A stretch of DNA of 64,000 nt from Mytilus trossulus (taxonomy: Eukaryota), in assembly GCF_036588685.1 (NCBI RefSeq), contig NC_086376.1:73263630-73327629 (forward strand). Reading direction: 5' to 3'. The translations under genes and the position numbers were made by a program. The notes under the pieces were generated by a model. That model was not told the origin of the DNA. It was given only the letters and a program-made list of their open reading frames with translations, and made no database searches. Shown in pieces: positions 53,051-64,000 of this stretch (positions are counted from its first letter, which is position 1; each line of letters opens with the position of its first letter).

Positions 53051-54757
53051 TTTTAATTTATTATTTATAACTGTTGACAACGGTTGATGTACATGTCCTT
53101 TGCTTTCTTTAGTCTATGTTTACTCCTTGGTTTTGATTGTTATTGTCATTTGCTGACACTTGTCCGTTTGACAAAATTATAATGCACACAACATAATTTC
53201 ATTAATTGAAGCAAACGTTCTTTGTACAACTTCAACATACTCTATTGAAGAATTGCGACCCAATGGTATCCTTTTTCATAAGGTTGAACACGAATGCATA
53301 GGTTTAATATGTATTTGGTTATTTGTAAGAGGTGCTTATTGCACATCTACTTTTGTCATATTTTATATGGACATTTTATGTTCATCTGGATTGAACAGAA
53401 AGTCAAAGAGCGATCATCGGGAAAAGATACAAGAAAAGAGAAAGTACTCAGAAAGAAAAAAAAAAACATTTCTGCTGTACCAGGTATAAATGTTTTACAT
53501 TGTCTTATCGGGAACTTTTATAGCTGACTATGCGGTATGGGCTTTGCTCATTGTTGAAGGCCGTACGGTGACCTATGGTTGTAAATGTCTGTGTCATGTT
53601 GGTCCTTTGTGGATAGTTGTCTCATCGGCAATCATACCACATCTTCTTTTTTTATATAGCTTCACTGTTGGTCCTTTAATGATGTTTTTACACTCTATAA
53701 CGTTTGAATTAGGTTTGTTATTTACCAATTTTTTCTAGAGCATCACTAAAATGCACACCTGATGAAGTACAATTGTCATCTCTAATGTATCAGATATAAA
53801 AAGTAAAATACCAAAAATACCATACTCCAGGGAAAATTCAAAAGGGAAAGTCGCTTACCAAATGGTAATATCAAAAGCTAATACACATTAAACGAATGGA
53901 AAACTACTGTCAACTATGTAAACAAAGAAACTCAAATGGCATATAGACACTCTATTGAAAAGGCACATATGCAAAAATGAAATACTATAATGACCAAAGC
54001 ATAAACACACAATTGCGGGATGAATCGATACAATGTACAATAAGATTATGTATATGCAAGTTAAAATAAAAAGAATTCGCCATATTCTATATTTGTATAA
54101 TTCTTAAGTTTACTCTTTTTCAGTTTGTCTACATTTTTTCTAATACATGATTTTTGTGATTTATACATGCTTTACTTTTTTTACTCAGTCTGTAAATGTG
54201 TTATAATAAATGTTTCTTATGTTTGGCAGTATCGGTTTTGTTCATTATTGATGGCTGTTTTTACTATTGTTGTCTCTTGGATATAGTCTTTTTCTTTAAC
54301 ATGTTTAACAATCATACAATTTATGTGATAATTCGTTTTTCATATAGATTAGACCGTTGGTTTTCCTATTGAATTGTTTTACCCTTGTAATTTTTTGGAG
54401 CCCTTTAAAGTTTGATATTCAGTGCGAGCCAAGGTTCCGTGTTGAAACCGTACCTTGACCTATAATGGTTTACTTTTATAAATTGTGACTTGGATGGAGA
54501 GTTTTCTCCTTGGCATTTATACCACATCTTCCTTTATATATAGCACATCTACTTGTGTTTTTTTTTAATTTCACATTAAAGTGTATATATTGTTTAATGT
54601 ATCCTTCTATCCAATTATACAACACAACTCATAAGATTGAAATTTACAAACAGTAATTTTGTTTTAAAATGAAAATATATGATAAATTGGGAACACCAAA
54701 TAGTAAACACCACCATGTTATATGGCTATAAACATAATTTAAACAATCAATGATTAG

Positions 54758-54916
54758 CAGTGGCGGATCCAGAGGGGGGTTCCGGGGGTGCGCACCCCCC
54801 TTTATTTTGGCCGATCAATGCATTTGAATCGGGACATATGTTTTGCACCCCCCCCCCTTTTCCCTGGGCTAGCACCCCCCCCCCCCCCCTTTCGAAAATT
54901 CCTGCATCCGCCACTG
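54758..54916. mobile_element. GC-rich MITE with 6-bp target-site duplication
   Basis: TIR CAGTGGCGGAT / ATCCGCCACTG, flanked by GATTAG on both sides (54752-57, 54917-22). Related remnants at ~42045-42192 and ~13635-13720. Confidence 0.85.
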
Positions 54917-56213
54917 GATTAGAGATTGTGTATTGAAAATAAACTCATCACAGATACATGGGTTGTAATTTTAACACATAATTGCTGACAACTGGGCTGG
55001 TGGCACCCTCGGATAATAAGATTCAGAATTTAGATAACAGATAGTTGGTGGCATATGATTTCTTAAAGAATCAAGTGTTGGGCATGCTACTGCAATTTGT
55101 AGTCATCCGTTCTACTCTACTACTGTTTGTGAATAAAAAAAAAATATCATGTTAGTTTCTTTGTGTGGAGGTGACTTTCTAAAGAAATATCTTTTGCCAT
55201 CTCAATTCATATCAATGTTTCGAAATAAAATGCAAGTTTCAGTTGTTTGTACAATGAAAGTTGGTATACAGGTAAATATCCTGTAAACACAGCAATTATA
55301 TTCAAACACTTTACAGAAGGGGTCATGGCCTTTTATGTATTTGCAAGTTTATCACCTTGAACATTTATAATTGAAATTCCAAGAATTATTTCGTTCTGTT
55401 TGCAAATTCCGAAGAAGTAGAAGGTATCAGACCACCAATTAACCTCTCCAATTTAGAACGTTTGTAAAAGTAGGCCTACTATGACACAAATGATATGCGT
55501 TTGATGTCATTAGATATAGGAACATGTGGTGTGAGTGCCAATGAGACAACTCTCCATCCAAATAACAATTTTAAAAAAGTAAACCATTATAGGTCAATGT
55601 ACGGCCTTCAACACGGAGCCTTGGCTCACACTGAACAACAAGCTATAAAGGGCCCCAAAATTACTAGTGTAAAACCATTCAAACGGGAAAACCAACGGTC
55701 CAATATATATATAAAAAAACGAGAAACGAGAAACACGTATATATTACATAAAAAAACGACATTGTTTACTTAAACTAACCAACAAATTTTGCAGAAATTA
55801 AGTTTTTAATGAAAGAGAAATATATTTAGCCCATTTTGAGTCAAAATCCACGTGTCTGAGTTAAGAATTAATGAGCTCTATAGTATATTAATTGAAGATA
55901 ACCAGACGTTCTGCATGTAAAAAGGTGATACATGCATTATAATTCAGGGTATACCTGGTTTCTATGAAGTTAAACTTAAGGTAAAATATTAAGAATGTTG
56001 TGAAAATTGCAAAATGTGGTTGAACAGATAGGGATTTTTAATTGGTGGTCTGACACATAGAAAAAAAGTAAAATCTGAGATAATTGTTCAAGGTGAAAAT
56101 CCGCACTGGTGCATGCTTTATCATGTTAATCAGTAGAAATTGATAGGGAAATGTTTACAATTACACTATTTATAAATCTTAAAGTTAACGAGACTGTGTT
56201 CAAAGAATCCGTA

Positions 56214-59200
56214 ATGTTCCAGAACATCCTACTCCTGGCTTTACTGGCTTTAGTATTAACATGCTGTCCCCCGAAACAATGGAGGGGGACTGTTTATATT
56301 GATTCAAATACAAAAACAGCTGATGGACAAGAATACCATACGCAAGTAAGTTTTAATTTATTTTACAATATTCAAAATAAGATATTAGCGTCATAAGAAT
56401 GTCCTCATATTGTGTAGTTTGTTAAGTAAAAAACAGAGGAGGGAGAACATAGAAAACCTTTTCATTATTTACGGGTATACGTCACAGAGACCGCAACACA
56501 ATGTCATACATGTATGATAACCAAAGGAGGGCAACATATTTGGAAAGCATCTTCCGTAACTCCTATGACTCATCATGTTCATGCGAATTGAGTAAAAAAA
56601 AGCACACTATAAGTTTCCGACGATATATATATGTTTCGAGAGATTGCAGCCTTTCACATAATTTTGTTGATTCCTAAAATCATCAGCTAATTGCTCGTGT
56701 CTGTGAATCACTTCAGTTTTAAAAGGAGTCTTGTTCTATTAGTGTCTTAATTTTCATAGATGATCATACTTTATTTTTGTCGTCATTTTCTAAAGAGTCA
56801 TATTTAAGTGTGTGTGCTAATTATTTTTTCATATAATATATTTTAATATTTAAAGTTCAAATACATATCTGCCTTGTAATACAGATGTCCCAGGACACAG
56901 TTGTCGATGAAATCATTCGGAAGGTTTATGTAAATCAAACGATAAGTCTTAATGGTGGACCTGAATATTTACAACAAGTTTATCAAGATTTTACCACAGT
57001 AAGTTGTTAAAAATTACATCCAAACAAAATACAGCACATGAATATGTAAAAGAAAACAGTAACATTCATAAGTGTATCAAAATCGACTAAAATAAAGATC
57101 CCTTAAAAATACTCAAATAAATAGAGAAAATTTATGAAGACAGAGTTCTATTTGGGATTATGCCAATGTAAATGGTCAGTTTAATGCCCTATAATACCAA
57201 AGTTGATTAATTCATTTGTAGCAGCAGTTTGGGATTTGAAATTAATTGAACATATTTTCTTGATGAAAATATGTACTTTATTACATTTTAGAACTTTTGT
57301 TGGAGTACATATGCTAATGGGGAGCTTTTTTTGTAATTTGTAGATTAAAAGACCTAAAATAATAATTTCGGATTGGCCATCGGAGCTATACATGTAAAAA
57401 GGGAGATGTGGCATGATTCCCAATTTGACAACTCTCTCCACAAGAGACAAAACGACACAGAAATGAATATCTATAGTTCATCGTAAGGCCTTCAACAATG
57501 ATCCAGACATATACCGCATAGTCAGCTATAAAAGGCCCCGAAATGACGAATGTAAATTGTTACAATACAAAAAGTGCATTAAAAGGAATTTAAAAAAACT
57601 CCACTTTTACTTATATTCTAGTTATATTGTAGGGTCTTCAGTATGTTATCAAAGGTGGTGCATGTTTTAGTTATATTGTAGGGTCTTCAGTATGTTATCA
57701 AAGGTGGCGCATGTTTTACGATGAATGTATCGAGCTCTGAGCCAAGTTGTATACCAAGTAAGATAGTATATTAAGATGTCTTATTAGTCTGCCGACACGT
57801 TATATACCAAGTAAGATAGTATATTAAGATGTCTTATTAGTCTGCCGACACGTTGTATACCAAGTAAGATAGTATATTAAGATGTCTTATTAGTCTGCCG
57901 ACACGTTGTATACCAAGTAAGATAGTATATTAAGATGTCTTATTAGTCTGCCGACACGTTGTATACCAAGTAAGATAGTATATTAAGATGTCTTATTAGT
58001 CTGCCGACACGTTGTATACCAAGTAAGATAGTATATTAAGATGTCTTATTTGTCTGCCGACACGTTGTATACCAAGTAAGATAGTATATTAAGATGTCTT
58101 ATTTGTCTGCCGACACGTTGTATAAGTGTTTGAATGCTCATAATTACAATATTTAGTACGTGAACATTACTGTACGAAGTCAGGAATATATGCTGGCCGG
58201 TTAAGGTCATTTCTCGTTTTTCGCCCATCATATTATATAGGTCGAAAACACGAAAAATGCAAAATATTTTTCTTTCCGATTTCGCGTTTTCGAATTTGCG
58301 TTTTCGCCCTATAGAATATAATGGGTGAAAACCTGCCACCATTGGAATATGACATTTGTTATCCATTCGTTTTATGTGTTTGAGCTTTTGATTTTGCCAT
58401 TTGCTTAGCGACTTTTCGTTTAGAACTCTCGGATTTCGGTATTTTTGGTGATTTTACTTCTATGATATGTTGGGTATAGAGGTTAAAATAGTGAGATGCG
58501 GGATATAGTGAGGCAAAAGAGATGGATCTGAGAAAAAGAATGAAAAATAACATAAACACGGGATTTAGAAAAAGAACATCCCTGTTTTGATCTATTTGAT
58601 AAAATTGTTAAACCAATACTTCTGTACGGTTGTGAAGTCTGGGGTTTTGGAAATAATTCAATAATCGAGAGGCTTCATATTAAATTTTGTAAAATATTAC
58701 TTCTATTAAAAAAGTCTACTCCTGATTTTATGATTTATGGTGAATTGGGAAGATATCCATTAGATATTTCAATTAAGTTACGAATGATAAATTTTTGGTT
58801 CAAGTTGGTAACCGGAAAACCTGACAAATTGCCTTTTATTTTGTATAACTTAGCAACTGCCAAATATGGTACAAATGTTTTATGGTTAAAACAAGTCAAG
58901 TCAATTTTAGACACGTGTGGCTTGTCATATGTATGGAACAATATCTTTTTTTTGTAAATAAAACATGGCTACATGTAACCATCAAACAGAATTTAATAGA
59001 TCAATTTAAACAAAAATGGCTGGCAAGCCTACAGGAATCACCAAAAGCATTAAATTATCGTTTATTTAAAGATACTTTGAGTTTGAGAAATATTTAAATA
59101 TTTTGGATGACAGGCAAATATCCTTATTTTTTAAATTTCGAACTTTGAACATGAAATTTCCAATAGAAACTGGAAGATGGCAAAACATAGAAAGAAAGAG

Positions 59201-60512
59201 AAAACAGAAAATGAGTATTATGTAATTCAGATGCCATTGGTGATGAATACCATCACATTTTTAATTGTTCAGCTTTTGATAACTGTAGAAAAAAATGTAT
59301 TGCATTTTACTATAGAAATAGTCCAAACACATTGAAGTTTTATGACTTAATGAATTCAAAAAAATGTTCAGAACTGAACGAACTATGTAAACTTATTAAG
59401 GAGATTAATAACAAATTGAACTTTTCTGGGTGAACAATTGTGAATGCCTCTATCTACTTTCGTACATTATTTATTTATGTAATTTTGAAATATGTATAAT
59501 TATCTCTATACCTTTGTAATTTGGTTTGTGAGAATAAAGATATATATGGTAACCCCTCATATGTGTATCATGTGATACTTTACAGTAAATCGTGTGGATC
59601 AACCACTAAATCAACATAAAGAAATCAGACTGCATTTTTATACCTTTAAGTATAACTACCGTTTCCTTGTTTGTTTTAGAAAACGCAGAAGTGGTTTCTA
59701 AGTCTTTCATTGGATCAGGGAAGACAGCTCTGAAGGCAACAATGTACCATTTTACAAGAGATAACCTTGATGTACATCTCACCATGACAGACGATGGATG
59801 TATACCAGTAATGGTCGAAGGCAATGGCGTTACACAAACAGGCGGTAAATTTAGCTTCTTATTTTGAAAAAAACATTTTATGATATGTATATTTATTTCA
59901 AAAATATTATCTGCCCTCGAGATATCTATAACGAGTCAATTACAACATGTACATCACCTGCGCAGTCATTTGTTATAAATACGAAATGCACAAATACACA
60001 GTACGCAGTCATCTCGTGTTGAGGGAGTACATTGCCGCTTTCTGTACGTTAGATTAAATCCTTGCAATAACTTTTTAATAATGTGCATTGTTTACTTGAT
60101 GCTACCTCAACATATTTGGTAACAAAGTTCCACTCTAAAAATTATTGATTGATTAAAAATTTACATTAAAGGTAATCCCTACCCCTTATGCAATGTCAGA
60201 GACAAACAATTCTCTTGAAGCAACTTAACAAAACATTTCTGAGAATGGTGTAGGTCTGGTGTAATTTTCATTAACATAGCTATCCATTTGAGAACATAAT
60301 GCAGAGATGTGTAAATTAATGTAGTAGCTCACCAAACCATAATAGCTTTATAAAGATGACAAAAAAAAATTTTCGTGTTTACTTTTCCAACTCTATGACT
60401 ACGTTTGTTTTTACTTGCAGAAGATATGAAAATGGCGGCAGAATACATGGGAATAGTGGTGGCACCTATGAATGTTTCCATTTTTGATATTCCGTCAATC
60501 TGCATGAAATAA
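56214..60512 (+). CDS. Ependymin-related protein C (192 aa)
   Basis: Exons 56214-56345, 56885-56998, 57682-57757, 59680-59844 and 60421-60512. Signal peptide, CCPPKQWRG, EPSCIP, DDGCIP and SIFDIPSICMK* are present. TATAAA at 56171 and AATAAA at ~60710. Confidence 0.92.
57746..58124 (+). repeat. 53-bp tandem repeat, 7 copies, each containing the exon-3 donor site
   Basis: Unit GTTGTATACCAA/GTAAGATAGTATATTAAGATGTCTTATTAGTCTGCCGACAC; copies are near-identical. Confidence 0.95.
58575..59540 (+). mobile_element. 5'-truncated non-LTR retrotransposon (LINE) 3' end in EPDR-C intron 3
   Basis: DLFDKIVKPILLYGCEVWG..STPDFMIYGELGRYPL..RMINFW and C-terminal PIETGRW..CNSDAIGDEYHHIFNC. Contains frameshifts; AATAAA at ~59533. 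Confidence 0.85.
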
Positions 60513-62149
60513 ATATAAAAAGAAATTTTAAATGCGTTACTGAAATTAAAAAAAAAAAATGAAGCAAATGTATTCATAAATTGAAAAATATATATATATG
60601 TATTTGATTATCAATTATCAAAACAGAGTAAGTACTTTTTTTTTGGCACATTTTATCAGCACAGTACATATATCGTTTCAAAAGGTTCTTTAAGTCTTAG
60701 TATATTTTGAATAAACATTACTTGAGTTGAATCCCAGTACTGGTTCTATATCAGTATCATATAATTACAAGCTTTTGAAAACTCATAAACTGCATTTTGT
60801 GAAAAACTAAATAAGCGCTTAGTTCATATACTTCATACTGTACACATTGATATGGGAATTTATAATTGAAATTCGTCTAATGATTTGTTTGGTCTCGCCT
60901 TGATAAGAGTCAAAAGCAAGCCACAAGCGAGTCATATTTATGCTGTTTCCGGCGTGTGCAATGGCAACGTCAAAAATGTTTTAATTTATGATTAGGTCAG
61001 TAAATGAAGTACAACTAGTAGTAAGTCAATGATATTTGTTAGGCATGCAGTTGTACATATATAAGCATTCACACATCTCATTTCCATGGAGATTATTTGG
61101 ACCCACCCTCAGTCTAATTTGGACCCATCCCTCAGTCATAGCCTATTGACTTCGAAACTAATACATATTTTACAAGTATCCACCAACAAAACCCAACAAT
61201 TACTACTTCAGGTGTTTGTTCATCATATTCTAAAAGTGAAAGTTTGCGTATATGCTAGTTTAAAGGAAACCACCTCTAATTAGTCTATGTTCTTCTATAT
61301 GCAGTTGTATTAGCTTTGGTACATCTCATTTCCATGGAGATCATAATAGCTAAAATTTATTTAATTAATTAGTTTATTTCAATAACAAATGAATATTTAG
61401 AAAGTCTTTAGGTATATTTAAATGTCTTAATTCGCGTTTTTAAGACATTTAAGAGATAGGCAAAATATACTAAACGGCCATGGCTGAACAAAAAGCAGAC
61501 ATATAAAAGTTCACAAAAAACAAGACTGAGCAACACGCATATCCCCATAAACAAACTTAGGGTATCTCAGATTCTCTGGAAGGTTAGAAATGTAATCCTG
61601 TATATGGCACCCGTCGTTTTTCTCATGCAAATGGTATGTATATATAATGTAACCCTAAAATTAGTCTAATTTAGTATGTCAGTTTCAACATTCCTTTGCC
61701 AATTTTTGTGTGTTTTGTTTTTTGCGTGTTTTCTATGCTTTCTTTTAGCCATACAAATGAAGGAAATCACAGATCATCTGCTTTTAATGTGTTTTTCAAT
61801 CTTTTAAAACAAATAAACAAAAACAGAACACTAATCTAAAAGGGGGATATGCGTCTTGTTTCAGAATCCTACATAACAGTCCTTTCTTTTTTAGTAGCAA
61901 GTAAAAGTGTTAACCCATAATGATTCATTTACAATTTCTTTCTCATTTTTGAATACACACTTTAGTCTAAATTGTTGGACTTGTTGTTGTCCTGAGTATA
62001 AACGAAATATCTACTGATAAGCGTTTAACTATTAAGTGGACGTTTAATCAATGGTAAATTGATAGTGTCTTTCTAAATGATTAAAACAGTTAAAATGGTA
62101 ACAGATTTTATTGTACAAAAAGTAAAAAAGCAAACAATTGATAAATCAT

Positions 62150-63519
62150 TTATCGTCTTCCAACTCCAATTCCGGCAAATGCAGGTACATTTGCACCCTG
62201 TAAGAGAAAAAACCCAATTAAAGTCGGAAAACATAAATATAATTAATAAAAAGTTATTGAGATTATTTAGGAAGTACAACACTAATTCATGGTCCCATTA
62301 CTTTCTATGTTAAATTCCTCCATTTCAACCGGGCACACCTCTTTCATTTTAAGTTCAAATGAAGTGGCAATCATTGCATGTCAAAGCAACACTTTATGGT
62401 GTCTTCTACTGAAAAAATCAGCATACCTTACATTGCATATAAGAAAGAACTGGTTTCCGGAACTTCGGATGTACCAAAACAGGTACTTCAGATCTGACAA
62501 ACAGACCAAATGTACCCTCTTTTTAAAAGTTGCTGCAGTTTTTTAAATATTTAAAATTAAAAGTCCAAAAGTGTTCTACAGTCCTTCAGCTTTCATTTGA
62601 TGCCAAAACTACCTAAATATCTTACATATTTTGAAAGTTACACTCATGCGTAGGAACTATTTTGCGTTAAATATGTACTACTTTCTGGTATGTGCTTTCT
62701 GGCCGGTCCCGAATTAGTGGTGTTACACCTTTACAAAAATATGTAACTTTTGATGCTGCATCACCATTAGTATTGTTTCAAGTTTTTATTGTCATGTGGT
62801 TTGTATTTCTTTGCCGTTTGGGCGGTTAAGTGCTCGGAATCAGACCAAATGCTCTTTTAGCATAGTGTATATAATTAGTTTCTCTAAAAAGAAAACGAAA
62901 ACAATACTTACACACTGAGCTGGTACATTGAAGACTGACGTATCTGCAATACCTGGTGTTATTCCAAAAAACTCAACTGTCATTTGGTATCCACCTGAAA
63001 TGCGAATATAATTTGTCATCTGGTTTCATGGTATTTTGTTAATCTTATATCTTGTGTCACAAGTGGCGTAGGATTTACAGAGAACCTGAGATCAACCCCT
63101 GTTTTTGGAGTGGAACGTATCGCTGACGTCTTTAGTTTTCTATGTTTTGAATATATCTTTGGTGTCTCTCTTTTGTCTCCATGTTTTTTTCTTCAGTTAA
63201 GTTGAATATGTGTGCCGCATGCCTGTAGGCTTATTACAATGTGTTTCTTAGAAATAAGATAATTCGTGGGCAGTGATGTCCGTATCTTGTGTTGACAAAT
63301 ATAACATACAATCAAAACGCTGAGTTCAAGACGTTAAAAGTAAATATATTTTACCTCCATCAGCATTCTGACCGGCTGCTTCATATGCCATTGGTATACA
63401 ACCGTCATCAGCCATAGTTATATAGGAAGTAGACATGCCAGTATCATATTTGTAAACTGTTGTCATAATCTTAGAGCTTCCAGCACCCATGTACGACTTT
63501 AATACTGCGGTAGCATTTT
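62150..63519 (-). CDS. Ependymin-related protein D, 3' part (exons 4-6); 5' exons lie beyond the window
   Basis: Exons 63355-63519 (165 nt; SYMGAG..DDGCIP), 62912-62994 (83 nt; GGYQMTVEFFGITPGIADTSVFNVPAQC) and a probable last exon 62150-62197 (GANVPAFAGIGVGRR*). Confidence 0.88.
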
Positions 63520-64000
63520 CTAAATAACAAAAGACGATTAAAATTGGTATTAATTTGTTTTTTTAGTCTTCTTGTCGTTTAATTTTGAAAACTATAAATT
63601 CGTATAGAATATAAAACAATTCAAACAAGAAACATAACGACCATATTTATATAAAAAAAAATTCTGGACCAGTTAATGTAGTATGATTGACAATACGACA
63701 ATATCCATCCAAAAAACAAAGGACAAATTAAGATGTAAACAATACCACGTCTCCGTCCGTCCTTCAACAGAGAGCAAACCATTTGACCATATGCAGTGAT
63801 CAACTTCCATTAAAAAATATAAAACAATTGTTACCGTCAGTGATGAATTGATGAAAAAAATAACTTGCCTTCTCTTATTAGTACTAACTTGACATGAAAA
63901 CAAATGGGGTGAACACACGACTTCTGCGTATTTCAATAATTACAATTCATTGATTTCGATAGAAATGTTCTGTGTTTGTTTTTAGTTTCAGACCATCAAA

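Noticed and set aside
57746-58124. CRISPR-like regular repeat array
   Set aside because: Units are contiguous and near-identical with no unique spacers, there are no cas genes, and the context is a eukaryotic intron. It is a minisatellite.
61045-61342. Short local direct repeats (ACATCTCATTTCCATGGAGAT x2; TTGGACCCAxCCTCAGTC x2)
   Set aside because: Small slippage duplications with no further structure.

Overview
AT-rich, intron-containing eukaryotic DNA. The repeat content suggests a bivalve, probably Mytilus (inference). Most ORF-track entries are spurious, so the genes were rebuilt by hand from splice sites. (1) A cluster of four ependymin-related (EPDR) secreted-protein genes with matching exon sizes and phases: A minus ~30.5-34.6 kb, B plus 37.8-42.5 kb, C plus 56.2-60.5 kb, and D minus, 3' half only, 62.1-63.5 kb. 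(2) Between B and C, a single-coding-exon gene fusing ankyrin repeats to a cGAS-like (Mab-21 nucleotidyltransferase, cGLR) domain, minus 49072-51968. It has intact catalytic motifs, a recently duplicated 50-aa Cys/His module and one frameshift next to an A6 run. (3) A ~379-aa low-complexity gene of unknown function (minus 18911-20781) with a partial, possibly decayed paralogue at ~3.1-9.9 kb. (4) A family of repeats carrying hammerhead ribozyme motifs, including a 348-nt tandem retrozyme-like array at 43.5-44.1 kb. (5) Penelope-like RT relics, a LINE 3' end, Helentron-type HINEs, TTAA-flanked and other MITEs, and a decayed ~4-kb palindrome. The strongest candidates for follow-up are the ANK-cGLR sensor inside the EPDR cluster, the retrozyme system, and tandem amplification of both splice sites of EPDR-C exon 3. 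All calls come from manual motif recognition; no database searches were run.
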